A DNA stretch of 64,000 nt. It comes from Heterodontus francisci. Its lineage: Eukaryota. This document shows positions 37,056-51,247 of this stretch, in pieces (positions within the stretch are counted from its first letter, which is position 1; every line of letters starts with the position of its first letter). Position numbers and translations under genes: made by a program. The notes beneath the pieces were generated by a model. It saw only the letters and a program-made list of their open reading frames with translations. It was not told the origin of the DNA and searched no databases. The stretch lies in NCBI RefSeq assembly GCF_036365525.1, contig NC_090387.1:90003691-90067690 (forward strand), in the 5' to 3' direction.

Positions 37056-40000
37056 ATCATTCAATCATTGAAGGGTTAAGGCACAGAAAGAGGGCACTTG
37101 GCCCATCGTGTCTGTGCCGGCCGAAAAACGATCCATCTATTCTAATCCCACCTTCCAGCATTTGGTCCATAGGCATGTAGATTACGGCACTTGAGGTGCA
37201 TATCCAGACTTCTTTTGCATGGGTTGAGGGTCTCTGCATCAATTACTCTTTCAGGCAGCGAGTTCTGGACCCCCACCACCCTCTGGGTGAAAATGTTTTT
37301 CCTCATCCCTCCTCCAATTTTTCAACCGATTGCTTCAAATCTATGCCCCCTCATCACTGACCTCTCTGCTAATGTGAATAGACCCTTCACCTCCACTTTA
37401 TCCAATGCAATGTAATGAGGTGACCAGAACGGCACACAGTACTCAAGTTGTGGCCTAACCAATGAGTTATGCAGTGTCAGCAAAACCTCCCTGCTCTTGT
37501 ATTCTATACCTCGGCTGATAAATGAAAATATTCCATATGCCTCCTTAACCACCTCATCGACCTGTACTGCTACCTTCAGGGATCTGTGAACATTCAGTCC
37601 AAGGTCCCTCAGTTCCTCTACACTTCTCACTTTTTTCCCATTAATCGTGTATTTCTTTGCCTTTTTGACCTTCCCAAGTGCGTCACCTCACACTTCTCCG
37701 AGTTGAATTCCATTTGCCACTTTTCTGCCCATCTGTCCAGACCATCAATATCTTCCTGCAGCCTACAGCTATCCTTTTTGTTATCTAGAACATGGCTATT
37801 CTTTGTTTCGTCTGCAAACTTCTTGATCATGCCCCCTACATTTACATGCAAATCGTTAATATATGCCACAAAAGCAGGGGATCCAGCCCTGAGGCCTGCG
37901 GAATGCTGCTGAAAACAGCCCTCCAGTCGCTAAAACAGCCATCAACAATTATGCTTTGTTTCCTGCCACTGAGCCAATTTTGCACCCACCTTGCTGCATT
38001 TCCCTGGATCCCATGGGATTTTTTTTCTACCAAACTGCCACATGGGATCTTGTCAAAAGCCTTGCTAAAATCAATGCAGACCACATAAACTGCACTACCG
38101 TCGTCTATCTTCCTTGCTACTTTTTCAAAAAAATTCGGTCAAGTTTGGTCAAACAAGAACTTCCCTTGAAAAATCCCTGCTGACTATCCTTGATTAACCT
38201 GTGCCTTTCTAAGTGACAGTTTATCCTGTCTCTCAGAATTCTCGATAATTTGCCCACTACTGGGATTAAACTGACTGGCCTGTAATTATTCGGTCTATCC
38301 TTCACTCCCTTTTTAAACAGAGGTACAACGTTAGCAGTTGTCCAATTCTCCAGCACCACACCTGTATACAATGAGGACTTTATATTGATGCTCAGACACT
38401 GTGCTATTTCCTCTCTTGCTTCTTTTAACAGCCTAGGATATATTTCATCTGGCCCTGGTGATTTATAAACTTTCAAGGATGCTAATCCCATTAATACTTC
38501 CTCTCTCCCTATCATTATCACATCCAATACTTCACACACTTCCTCTTTAACTACAATAACTGCATCATCCCCCTCTTTTGTGAAGATAGATGCAAAGCAT
38601 TCAGTAAGAACCATACCAATATCTTACACCCCTACACATAGGTTACCTTGTTGGTCTTTTATGGGCCCTCCCCTTTCCTTAGTTATCCTCTTGCTCTTAA
38701 AGTACTGATCTTTGGGTTCACCTTTATTTTGATTGCCAATATTCTTTCGTGCCCTCTCTTTGCTTTCCTAATTTCCTTTTTGATTTCACCCCTCCACTTT
38801 CTATACTCCTCTCGGCTGTCTGTAGTATTGAGTTCTCGGTGTTGGACATAAGCTTTCCTTTTCTGCCTTATCTTACCCTGTAGGCTCCTTGACATCCATG
38901 GGGCTCTAGATTTGGCTGCCTCATCGTTTTTCTTTGTGGGAACATGTTTACCCTGAACCACTTGAATCTCCCATTTGAATGCCTCCCACTGTTCTGACAC
39001 TGATTTCCCTTCAATAGTTGTTTCCAGTCCATTTTCGCTAAACCACTCCTCATTTTAATAAAATTGGCCTTGCCCCAATTGAGAGCTCGAAGGCCTGCTC
39101 TGTCTCTGTCCTTTTCCATACCTGTGTTAAAACTGACTGAATTATGATCACTACCACCAAAATGCTCTCCCAGTGCCAGCCCTTCCACCATCTTTATTTC
39201 CTAATGCTAAGTCTAAAACTGCGCCCTCTCTTGTTGGAAGTGGGCAAAAAAAGTTCTCCTGAATGCACCTCAAGAATTCTGAACCCTCCACTCCTTTTAC
39301 ACTAAAACTATCCCAGTTAATATTGGGGTAGTTAAAATCCCCTGCTATTACTGCCTGATTGTTCTTGCAATTCTCAGAGATTTGCCGACATATGTGCTCT
39401 TCTCTCTCCCTCCGACGGTTTGGGGGCCTTAGTACACTCCCAGCAGTGTGATTGTCCCTTTTTTGATCCATGGCTCAATTCATATGGCCTCATTTGATGA
39501 ATCTTCCAATATCTCATCCCTCCTCACAGCTGTAATAATTTTCTTGACCAGAATTTCCACTCCCCCTCCTTTCTTAACCCCTCCCTATTGCGTCTGAAAG
39601 CCCTTTAAACAAGAATGTTGAGCTGCCATTCCTGTCCCTCCTTAAGCCATGTTTCTGTTATAGCTATGGTATCATACTGCCATCTGTTTATCTGTGCCCT
39701 CAGCTCATCTGCTTTATTTGCTATACTCCTGGCATTGAATTAGATACCCTTGAGCACTGCCAAACGTTTTTATTTATTTTTGACCCGCGTTTCCTGTGTC
39801 TTCCAGAGTCATCCATTAATTTTCTACCTTCCATTTTCATTTCTGATTTTTTCCCAACTGAGACTACCCTCAGGTGCTCACTCCCTTGTCAAACTAGTTT
39901 AACACCCACTCCCCTCAAATAGCACTAGCAAAACGTCCCTCAAGGAACTCAGTCCCAGCTCTGTTCAGATGCAACCTCATCTCCCCCAGTGCCGGTCCAA

Positions 40001-41260
40001 TGTCCCAGGAATCTAAAGCCCTCAATCCTGCACCATCTTTCCATCCACGCATTCATCTGTCTTATCTTTCTATTTACTTATTCACTTTCGTGTTGTACTG
40101 GGAGTAATCTGGAAATTACTACTTTTAAAGTCCTGCTTTGTAATTTCTTTTCTAGCTCCCTAAGTTCTGATTGCAAGGCTACATCCCACTTTCTGCCTAT
40201 GTCATTGGTTCCAATATGGGCCACTACAGCTGGCGATGCATCCTCCCCCTTCAGGACGCTCTGAAGCCGCTCAATGACATCCTTGACACTGGCACCAGGG
40301 AGGTATCACACCATCCTAGATTCACATCTGCAGTGACAGAAACGCTACGCTGGTCCCCTGACTATTTAATCACCTGTCGCTATGGTTCTTCCAGTTTTCC
40401 TTGTAACCGCCCCCCCCCCCCCCACTCCCCCCGCCCTGTACAGCTGAGCCACACGTGTTGCCATGTCCTTGGCTCTGGCTGCACTCCCCAGGTGAAGGAT
40501 CACTTTCCTCCATATTCAGAACTGAATACCTGTTGGAGAGTGAGATGCACTCAGGGGTTTCCTGCACTAGCTGCCTGATTATTTTTGAATACCTGCTGGT
40601 CACCCATTGCCTTGCTCCCTGCATACTCTTAATGTGTGGGGTGACTGCATCTATAAACGTGCTTTCCATGCAGCTCTCATCCTTATGAATGCAATGCAGC
40701 GTCGCCACTTTCCACTCAATTTGCACGTCCTGCACAAATTGTTTTCCAGGATACAGGAAGCATCCTGATACTCCCACATAGCACAGGAGGTGTACACTAG
40801 AGGTTGAGGCAACCCTGCCATACTTTTATTTATTGGGTGACTCTCTGCCTCTGCGAAAAAAAAACTTGCCAATAGTACAATACCTTAGAATTATTTGTAA
40901 AACCTTACTAGTACTGATATATCCTAGTAAAAATCAATACAGTTCACTAGTTAAAACAAAGTTTAGTCACAAAAAACAGCTGATCACTTGTTCCCTATTA
41001 TTAAGGTATTTACACACACACCCTAATAGTGGTCCACTAACTCACCTATTTACTGATACTCCCTAACAGCAGTGACTCACCAACCAATCACCTTATAGCG
41101 TTCCTGTGATATCACAGCTCGCTTGATTGTCAAACTCTTGCGTGCCTGGACTCCTCTCGGCTGCTCTCCCTACATGCTGCAGGCCGCGATCCTTGGACAT
41201 TATTTATCGGTTTCCCGTTCCTTGTTCTTCCCGCAGGTCCGCTCCTCTGCCAGAAGCTAA
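37056..41260 (-). mobile_element. Degraded full-length CR1 LINE (5' UTR, ORF1, ORF2)
   Basis: ORF1 CTSCAMWE-type zinc finger and LSNRYSVL; ORF2 GDFNYPNINW, KSPGPDEIYPR, DFSKAFDK, KFADET; CR1 tail. Confidence 0.9.
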
Positions 41261-41278
41261 GCGCCGCATTATTATTAT

Positions 41279-41477
41279 AAAAACAAAATACTGCGGATGC
41301 TGGAAATCTGAAATAAAAACAAGAAATGCTGGCACCACTCATCAGGTCTGGCAGCATCTGTAGAAAGAGAAGCAGAGTTAACGTTAAGGGTCACTGACCC
41401 GAAACGTTAACTCTGCTTCTTTTTCCACAGATGCTGCCAGACCTGATGAGTGGTTCCAGCATTTCTTGTTTTTATTA
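41279..41477. mobile_element. Palindromic mini-Penelope insertion with 17-bp TSD
   Basis: About 74-bp inverted arms around aagggtcactgacccga; cgccgcattattattat at 41262-41278 and 41478-41494. Confidence 0.85.
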
Positions 41478-41614
41478 CGCCGCATTATTATTATTCTCCT
41501 CAAATAAATTGTGAATGCCTCTGTCCATACTGGGATCTTGTTAAATTAAATGTGCTGTATTAGTGCAAGTTGTTGCCGTGAATGACAAACAAGTATACAG
41601 AGTTGTTGCCACAA

Positions 41615-41947
41615 GGCACAGTGGCGCAATGGTTAGCACTGCTGCCTCACAGCTCCAGCGACAAGTGTTCAGTTCTGGGTACTGCCTGTGTGGAGTTTGT
41701 AAGTTCTCTCTGTGTGGGTTTCCGCTGGGTGCTCTGGTTTCCTCCCACAGCCAAAAAATCGCAGGTTGATAGGTAAATTGACAATTGTAAATTATCCCTT
41801 GTGTACGTAGATGGTAGGAGAATGGTGGGGATGTGGTAGAAAATATGGGGTTAATATAGGATGAGTATAAATGCGTGGCTGTTGGTCGGCACAGACTCGG
41901 TGGGCCGAAGGGCCTGTTTTAGTGCTGTATCTCTAAATAAATGAATA
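41615..41947 (+). mobile_element. HE1/V-SINE-like SINE
   Basis: Same family, slightly more diverged. Confidence 0.88.
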
Positions 41948-41949
41948 GG

Positions 41950-43270
41950 CACACACTGCTGCCACTGTGGGTCGGTGGTGCAGGGAGTGAATTTTGCGGA
42001 TGGGGTGACAATCAAGCGGGCTACTTTGTCCTGGATGGTGTCGAGCTTCTTGGGTGTTGTTGGAGCTGCACCCATCCAGGCAAATAGAGAGTATTCCATC
42101 ATACTCATGACTTGTGCCTTGTAGATGGTGGACAGGCTTTGGGGAGTCAGGAGCTGAGTTACTCAGCGCAGGATTCCCAGCCCCTGACCTGCTCTTGTAG
42201 CCATGGTATTTATAAGGCTGCCCCAGTTAAGTTTCTGGTCAATGGTAACGCCCAGAATGTTGATAATGGGGAACTCAGTGATTGCAATGCCATTGAATGT
42301 CAAGGAGAGATGGTTAGATTCTCTCGGGTTTTAGAAGGTCATTGCCTGACAGTTGAGTGCGACGAATGTTACTTGCCACTTGCCAGCCCAAACCTGGATA
42401 TTATCCAGGTCTTGCTGCATTTCTACATGGACTGCTTCAGTATCTGAGGAGTTGCGAATGGTGCTGAACATTGTGCAATCATCAGCGAACATTCCCACTG
42501 CTGTCCTTATGATTGAAGGAAGGTCATTCATGAAGCAGCTGAAGATGCTTGTTGTCTAGGACATTACCTTGAGGAGTTCTGGCATTGATGTCCTGGAGCT
42601 GAGATGACTGATTTTCAACAGCCACAACCATCTTCCTTTGCGCTAGGTATGACTCCAGCCAGCAGACAGTTTTCTCCGATTCCCATTGATTCCAGTTTTG
42701 CTAGGGTCCCTTGATACTCGGTCAAATGCTGCCTTGATGTCAAGGGCACTCACTCTCACCTCACCTCTTGAGTTCAGCTCTTTAGTCATGTTTGTATCAA
42801 GGGTGCAATGAGTCAGCAGCTGAGTGGTCCTGGTGGAATCCAAACCAAACAGGTTCTTGTTAAGCAAGTGCCAGTTGATAGTACCGTCGACGACACCTTC
42901 CATCACTTTACTCATGATCGATAGTAGACCGGTGAGGCAGTAATTTGTCAGGTTGGATTTGCCCTCCTTTTTTGTGTACAGGACATTCCTGGGTAATTTT
43001 CCACATTATCGCGTAGATGCCGTTGTTGTGGCTGTACTGGAACAGCTTGGAGAGGGGCACGGCAAATTCTGGAGCAAAGGTCTTCAGACCTATTGCCAGA
43101 ATGTTGTCAGGTCCCATAGCCTTCAGTCGTTTCTGGATGTCACGTGGAGTGAATCGAATTGGCTGAAGACTGCCCTCTGTGATCCAGGGAACTTCGGAAG
43201 GACGCCAAGTTGAATCAGCCACTTAGCACCTCTGCCTGAAGATTGCTGCAAATGCTTCAGTCTTATATTT
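41950..43270 (-). mobile_element. Second non-LTR family RT fragment
   Basis: KAMGPDNI, ALDIKAAFDRV, MFADDCT, MEYSLFAW. Confidence 0.85.
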
Positions 43271-43796
43271 TGCATATCCATGTTGATTGTTATTTATTAA
43301 TATATTGGCTTCCAGGTGACACTTAATTTTGTATCAGATTGATGTTAAGCTGACTGGCCGATAGCAACCTTTCCCTTTTTTGAATAGGGGTGTAACTTTT
43401 GCAATAGTTCACTCCTCTGCCACCTCTGCCATATAAAAGGAGGATTGAATGATTGTAGCTGGAGCCTCCTACATTTCCAACCTTACTTCCGCCAGTAACC
43501 TAGGATGTCTCCCATTTGGACTGGGTGATTTTTTTTTTGCCTTGAACAATATCAACAGTTTTAATACCTTTTCGTTATCTATTCTAACCTAGCCAAACTC
43601 TTTACCCCTTCCCCTTTGACTGTAACATTGGCAGAGTCCCAGTCTTCAGTGAAGTACTCATTTAGTTCCTGAGCAATACCTCTGTCTCTACAAGAAGATG
43701 TAATTTATGGTTCTTAATAGACCTAATTTTTCCTTTGATAGGCGGGCTTATCTTAAAACCAACTAAAGAAAGGGTTCAACAGCAAAAGATTTACAT

Positions 43797-44720
43797 CTGG
43801 GTTCTCCAACCTTTTCATATGGAGAGCCCAAGTACAATTTTTGTCTGATATGGCAGGTTGGGGGTGGGTGCCAGTGAGACAACTTGGAAAGATAGAGTCA
43901 TTAAAATTTATCGTGTTATTAATTAAAACAGCAACAAATGTACATTTTGTGAAAAAAATATTTAAATGAGAAGACTAATTTATTGACTTACTTTCTCGTT
44001 ACTATGTTAGACACTGATTTCATGAGATACCTGGATTTTTATTTTTCTTGCACAAGTAGTCAATGTTTGCGCGCACACTTGAAGCGATGCAAAGTGTTCT
44101 GGATAGACGTCATTTCGTCAGGAGTGTTCTTGATCACTCTCTCTCTCTCTTTGTCCCCCCCCCCTCTCTCTGTTCGCTCAATCTCTCTCTGCTGCCACCA
44201 CCCCCACCCCGCCCCCGTCTCTCTCTATCTCTCTGACCCCCCTCTCTTTCCCCCTTTCGCTGTCCTCTCTCTCTCCCCCTTTCTATCTCTCTTTCTCGTT
44301 GCCCCTCTCTGTTCGCCATGTTCTCGCTCTCTCTGACAGTTGCAGAGAGTGGGAAAGCTCAGCAGATAGTTGATCAGTTTTTTAAAAATCAGCAATCTGT
44401 TTTCCAGCTGCGAGGTGCTAGGAGCGAGAGCAGCAGCTTCTGAACTTCGGACAGAATTGGGGTTTCCCGGCGGGCTTTAAAAACGCCGAACTGTCCGAAT
44501 TTGGGAAACGGCTATTCCCGCTGTCAGCTGTGAAACTGACTTCCGATTTTTTTTTAAACTGACCAACTACCTGGAAGAAGACAATGAAAAATTTCTAATC
44601 CCCAGTCTGGGAGCCCTGCGAGGTTGAGGAACGACCCAGGTACAGTCTATATCCGCGGGTTGGATGGAATCCTTTGGCGGGCTGGTGGCTGGCCTGCGGG
44701 CCGTATATTGGACAACGCTA
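43797..44720. mobile_element. Possible hAT-type non-autonomous DNA transposon containing a CT-rich microsatellite (44135-44335)
   Basis: Imperfect termini ctgggttctccaac / ttggacaacgcta and internal inverted repeats; TSD not identified. Confidence 0.35.
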
Positions 44721-46329
44721 ATTTACAGCGACGTTCTCTGTCCATGAGTTACATATAATTATATAGAAATTAAGGCACAAAAACAGTTCATATTGTCCAG
44801 TGCGTGGATGTAGATCTTTATGCTCTACAGGAGCCTCCTCCCACCGTACTTCACCTCACACCATCAGCATATCCTTCTATTCCTTTCGTCCTAATGTAAA
44901 TATAATTTCTCCTTAAAATACACAGACAGTGTCGCTTGAACACAATAAATGGCTTTGAAAAATAGGAAAACACAACAATTAATTTTCGCACAGCAAGGAC
45001 TCACACGCAGCAATGAGATGCATGACCCAAATAATTGGATTTAACTAGTTTATACAGGATTATTTACATAAAAATGACAGTCGCACATTCACGATGTGGA
45101 GATACATGGAAGGCTGGGGAGTGAATTATGGTACAGCTAGTAAAACAAGTCCAATATAAGAGATGATATCAGAGAAAGCGGATAACCTTTATTTCAGGTG
45201 CTGGGGTGCAAAGCGGGTGATGGCGAATCGATAGTCCGTTGTAGATCTCTTCTCATTTTTTTACCTCCATCGACTTGAATGTAAAGCAAAATCATATTGT
45301 TAACGTTAAGTTGTTTGACTAATTTGGTTGAAATATTTTACTGTTGCCAGTTATACCCTGACTGCAGCTTCATTACAGAGCGAGTTTGCGTACCCACCAA
45401 TGGGAAAGTGTATTGCAAATTGGCACCTGTTAGATGATTTGATTCCAGAGTCAATGAAAGATAGAAATCTGAGACCACCACACAGAACCGGTGCAGTGCA
45501 AAAGGAGGCCATTCGACCCATCGTGTCTACCCCGGCTTTCTGGAAAAGCAGTTCATTCAGCTCCATTCCTCTCCCTTCTCCCCGTAACCCTGCACATTCT
45601 TCCTTTCACCTGTAGTATGGAAGAAGCAGTTTCTCCACGTTGCTCTAGTTTCTTCTACTCACCCTTTCCCGCCAGTGGGCTCACATCAGCGCCCACGGCA
45701 GAAAGGGAGATTGTGAGAACTAGCATCACTAAAACGGAGAGTTGCCCGCGAGACTTTGCTTTTCGCAAATTAGCTGCTGCCTTTCTCTACAATTCAAAGT
45801 ATTCTATTGATTGGAAAGAGGTTTGGGACGTCATGACGTAGCAGAAGGCACAGCGCTGAAACAAAGTTTCATTTTATTTTCTCATTGTTGTTACATTTAG
45901 ACTTGACTATTCCAGCACATCCTGGCCTGCTTTTTATTTTCCATCCTGTATAAGCTAATGTTCATCCAATTCTTTGCTGCCCATGTCCCGACTCGCATCA
46001 GGTGCCGTTCAAACATCGCACCTGTGCTCACTGACCGATACTGGCTCCTGGTTAAGCAACATCGTAACTTTCAGATTCTACTAACGTTTCAGGTCTCTGT
46101 GACCTTTCAGCAGAAATGACAAAAGTAAGAGATGTAATAGGGTTTGAACAAGTGAAAGGAGGAAGGGCGAGGGGGGGTGGTGGTGGTGGTGGTGGTGGGG
46201 GGGGGGGGGGGGGGGAGGGGGCGGGTGTGTTGGTGGTTGGGGGGTGGGGGTGGTGGTGCGAGGGTGGAGAAGAATTAAAGGTAAGATCACGCTGGCGGCA
46301 CTAATCAACCCACAAATGAGCATTTACTC

Positions 46330-49300
46330 ACGCAGATTTGCGCTGCGCCTCTACCAGGCAAGTAGGCTCTGCAGGAGCTGAACTACCTCCGGGAAGGTCG
46401 CCCAGAGATGGGAACGCGTGAAGCCACTGACCCGACGCGGCTTTCTGAGAAATACGCCCCGCTCTCCTGGGGAAGATTCTGCTCTAATTCCACCATGGTG
46501 AGCGCCTCTTGTTTAATGTCTGAAAGGATGAGACTATATGCATTCGCAGAACTGCTGGCGGGACCAAATCTGCTTTGTCCAAATTCATCCTCAATAGGCC
46601 CTAACACAGGTGGAAGACCGGAAGAAATGTTCGCATAGCCTGTGGAGGAGCAGAGCTGACATGTCAGTCTCAGAACAAGGGGTGACAAGCGAATCATGAT
46701 ACAGGTCCTCAATTTCGATGGGGTTCTAATCTCCTTCCACAATTTCGGTGGAATCGTGGTAGACATCCTGGAGAAACAGAATGAATTGTCATTTTCAGGT
46801 CTTCGCCACATCACTTAAACATATTGCACGACATTTCCTGGCACACTCTGAATTGCAGGAGGTGCTCCGAAACCAAAAGTAGCAGGAACTATCTAGAGAA
46901 GGAATGGTGCACCTACATAATCTAAACCCCGTGGAGGAGATGGTGCAGGTCAGGCCGATGGGAGCAGCGGGGCTAAAACCATTGAAGATGATAATACCTC
47001 ATACTGAATATTCCTCACATCCCACTTCCTCCTCATTCAAAAAACTGTTCTGGGTTGCAAGCTGCAGATAGTGTAACCATGCATCTCTGAGTTTTCCCTC
47101 CCTCCCTACACCACAGTCTTACCTTTGTGACATTTTTCTTTCAGGTGTCCAGGAGGTACAATGCCGTGTTGGAAGACTTAGCAGAGAACAATTATGAAGA
47201 CACCATACTGTTACTTGATTTCACATTCGCAGTCCCCAGCTTAGATATTGACATTGCACGAGTCCTAGAGGTTAGATTAGAAGTGGAATCTGCACATGGG
47301 GAGACACTGGGCACAAGTGGACTGCTGCAAGGGCAGGCAAAAAGGATAGCAGAAGTGCCAGCTCACTGGAGGGTGACGTCACATACAAGACTGGTTACAG
47401 AGTAGTAAAATGAACACTTCGATGGGCCAGTCTACAGAAGAAGACTGGTGGGTATACACAACGAATGCTTGGTGCACTGGGATGTACAGTAGAAAGACTG
47501 TATTCAATGTCAATCAACATTGAGGAGTCCAGCGCCAACTTGGCGCAGGGCTATGTGCAGAGCTTGGAGCCAATTCTTTCCAGCATAGAAATCGTGACAA
47601 CTTCATCAGCAAACTTCTGGACTCAACAATAATGCAGCATTTGATGGTCCATGTCTCAGTATTCAATGCAGAATAAGCAGCTTCAACCATAAGTATGAGT
47701 GCTGCAGTGGAAGCTCAGACTAAGTCATGCAAATTCAGCTTGCTACCATGCAAGCTCAGACTCAGACTCAGACTCAGATTGCTGCCATCAAAGTTCAAAG
47801 GGCCTTGCAGGATATCACAACGGTCCAGCAATCTTTCCTCCAACAGATTACTAGGAATGCTGAGAAGACCCCAGTGGAAAAGCAATGGCTCCAGGGAGCA
47901 AGAGTCTGCTGCTCTCTCTCAGGATGACATCATTCGTCCTTCCACTCCACCAGTGCCCTTGTTGTTGCTTGTCTGCCAGCCAGTCCAGGCTGCTGCCAGC
48001 CATGCCGATTTTGTACCATCTGAAGAAGCACCTTCAAAGCTCACAGCTGCTCCAGGTCGTCCTCCAAGGCCATCTGCAGTGTCCTGCGTACAAGGTGAAA
48101 AGCCTTTCATCAGCCACTGGAAAAGCACTGCTTAGGAGAACTAGCACAGGGAAAGTAACCTGCAACACAAGTAATAAGTGAATGCACCAGAGTGATTAGC
48201 ATATGTTTCTGAGCAATATTGCATGACATCATCTATAAATTTGGTCGGAAATGTTTATTTTGTGATCGTTTTTATTTTTATGTTGTGGCCAAAAGGATGA
48301 TGTGACAGTCATTGAGTTATTGAGGGTTTGGAGTGTGGGACTGTGCTGAATGGGGAATTGGGGTTGCAATTACAGGTATCACACAGATATCATAGTTAGC
48401 AATATCAGACTTGCTCACGTTAAGGCTGAGCAGAAAGGCGTTGTCTAGGTTGCTTTCCTCCCTTCCTATTTTCATACATTTCCTCCGCCTCCTTTCTCGC
48501 GTGATTCTTCTCCTCAACCTCTCATGTGATAGCTGGTGGCAAGATCTGCCAAATGCAGTATGCAGCATACCACCGTGAATCTTGAAGACGGCTTAGCCAA
48601 ATACTGCAGGACTGCTCTAAAGCTGTCCAGGCAGTGGGATCGTTCTTTCAGTACATCAAAGGTCTACTCTATTAGACTTCTTGCAGCAGCATGGTTCTTT
48701 ATGTATACATCTTTCTTTTGGGCCTCCTTATCTCGAGAGACAATGGATACGCGCCTGGAGGTGGTCAGTGGTTTGTGAAGCAGCGCCTGGAGTGGCTATA
48801 AAGGCCAATTCTGGAGTGACAGGCTCTTCCACAGGTGCTGCAGAGAAATTTGTTTGTTGGGGCTGTTGCACAGTTGGCTCTCCCCTTGCGCCTCTGTCTT
48901 TTTTCCTGCCAACTACTAAGTCTCTTCGACTCGCCACAATTTAGCCCTGTCTTTATGGCTGCCCGCCAGCTCTGGCGAATGCTGTATACATGCTGCACAT
49001 ATTAGCATGTATTGTGAACTGGAGTCAGGAGCCATGTCGTCAGCAGATACTTCTTGTCATCCTGTAGCTATGCTTTGATTTCTTCTGATGACTGAAATAT
49101 AGCTGATACAATAGATTGCCATTGAATGGAGGCATCATTGCTGCTGCTGGAATCCCGGGCATTGACATACATGATGCGCTACTTATGGGCACATACCAGC
49201 TGAACACTGAAGGACCGGTATCCCAAATCATTGTGCCTGCAATCACTGGCAGCCTGCACCATGAGGAAGCCCGTAAACCTTGGAAACTCTCGTGCTCACT

Positions 49301-49830
49301 CTGCCAGCTTGTCTCTGAAATGAAATTAGCTATTTTTTGAATAGAGAACATCAGTAACCTTGCTTATGCAACAATAGTTCGCAAGTGCTGATATTTTACT
49401 AGGATCTCCAGCTCCAGCCTGCAAAGAGCCAGATGCACAACAGTTTATTGTCATAGTGAGCCTCACAGCGATTGTCAATGTGGCCCTTGCCCTGCTTTGA
49501 GGTTACTGTTGTGGCTACAGCATATTTCAGTGTGGACCTCCTTAAACTTCTCTTGCACTTTTTCTCATTGAGGTTCAGGTTCGATAATTGCTCGCTGAAC
49601 GCCCTGGGCAGGTATGGCCATCTTTGGAAACCCCTTTTCCCTTCATCACCTCCCCCTCCCTTTTCCAGCAGTCTGTCCTGCATGGTCTCTTCTTATTATT
49701 TTTGTCATGCTGTACTGCAAGAAGAAGGCCTACTAGTTCACCCATGCCTGAAAGCAACTGATTTGTGCAAGAGTCCTACAGTCAGTTTACACAAGTACTT
49801 TAACAGTTGCAGATACTGTATGTGATATCA
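46330..49830 (-). mobile_element. Decayed PIF/Harbinger DNA transposon (transposase on -, about 48440-49720; probable Myb/SANT-like partner gene remnant on +)
   Basis: Minus-strand remnants RIMYVNARDSSSSNDA, LQDDKKYLLTTWLLTP and NHAAARSLIE*TFDVLKERSHCLD...LQY match HARBI1-type DDE motifs. The partner gene is inferred from position only. Confidence 0.72.
48711..48982 (-). mobile_element. RTE-clade LINE 3' fragment inserted in the Harbinger transposase
   Basis: FLCSTCGRACHSRIGLYSHSRRC C-terminal zinc finger; TSD tgtatacat at 48702-48710 and 48983-48991. Confidence 0.85.
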
Positions 49831-51247
49831 GGAAGCGGCTGAAGGAACTGCTGCAAAGACTATGGGTCCTGACAACATCCCAGCAATAGTACTGAAGACT
49901 TGAGCTCCAGAACTGGCCATGCCCCCCAGCGAAAATTTTCCAGTACAGCTACAACACTGGCATCAACCAGACAATGTGGAAAATTGTGCAGGAATGTCCT
50001 TTCTACAAAAAGCAGGCCAACGCCAATACAATAAATTACTGCCCCATGAACCTGCTCTCGATCATCAGCAATGTCATGAGAGGTGTCATTGACAGTGCAA
50101 TCAAATGGCATTCACACAGCAATAACTTGCTCACGGATGATCCGTTTGGTTTCCACCAGCGTTACCTGGCTCGTGACCTCATTACAGCCTTGGTCCAAAT
50201 ATGGACAAAAGACTGAACCTCAAGAGTGGAGATGAGTGTGACTGCCTTTGACATTACAGCAGTATTTGACTGAGTGTGACATCAAGGATCCTTTGCAAAA
50301 TTGAAGTCAATGGGAATCAAGGGGAAACTCTCCACTAGTTGAAGTCATACCGAGCACAAAGGAAGATGGTTGTGGTTGTTGGAGGCCAATTATCTCAGTC
50401 CCAGGACATCACTGCAGGAGTTCCTCAGGATAGTGTCCTGGTCCCAACCATCTTCAATTGCTTTATCAATGACCTTCTGTCTATCATAAGGTCAGAACTG
50501 GGGATGGTCGCTGATGATTGCCCAATGCTCAGTACCATTCACAACTCTTCAGATACTGAAGCAGTCCGTATCCATATGCAACAAGACCGGGACAACATTG
50601 TGACGTAGCCATATAAATACTATGGCTACAAGAGCAGGTCAGAGATTGGGAATTCTGCGGTGAGTAGTTCACCTCGTGACTCCCCAAAGCCTGTCCACCA
50701 TCTACAAGGCCCAAGCCAGGAGTATGATGGAATACTGTGCAGTTGTCTGGATGTGTGCGGCTCCAACAACATACAGGAAGCTCGACACCATCCAAGAAAA
50801 AGCAGTCCACTTGATCAGCACCTATTCACTACCTTAAACATTCACTCCCCGCACCACCAACGCACAGTGGCAGCAGTATTTAACATATACAAGATGCACT
50901 GCAGTAACTCACCAAGGCCCCTTCGACATCACCTTCCAAACCAGTGACCTCTAGCACCCAGAAACAGAAGGGCAGCAGTTTCATGGAAACACCACCACCT
51001 GCAGGTTCCTCTGCAAGCCACACACCATCCTGACTTGGAGCTATATCTCTGTTCCTTCACTGTCGCTGGGTCAAAATCCTGGGACTCCCTTCTTTACAGC
51101 ACTGTGGGTATACCTACCCTAAATGGACTGCAGCGGTTCAAGAAGGAAGCTCACCACCACCTTCACAAGGGCAATTAGGGATGGGCAATAAGTGCTGGCC
51201 TTGCCAGTGATGCCCACATCACATGAATGAATAATAATAAAAAAAAA
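49830..51247 (+). mobile_element. Second non-LTR family, RT to 3' poly(A)
   Basis: AGVPQDSVLVPTIFNCFINDL...VADDC; tail gggcaattagggatgggcaataag and poly(A). Confidence 0.85.

Noticed and set aside
43983-44336. Leu/Ser/Pro-rich and Arg/Glu-rich ORFs
   Set aside because: Translations of a CT microsatellite.
46081-46323. Poly-Pro/His and poly-Gly ORFs; other G/C runs at ~21218, ~21933 and ~51350
   Set aside because: Homopolymer or simple-repeat expansions within TE remnants; G-quadruplex potential only.
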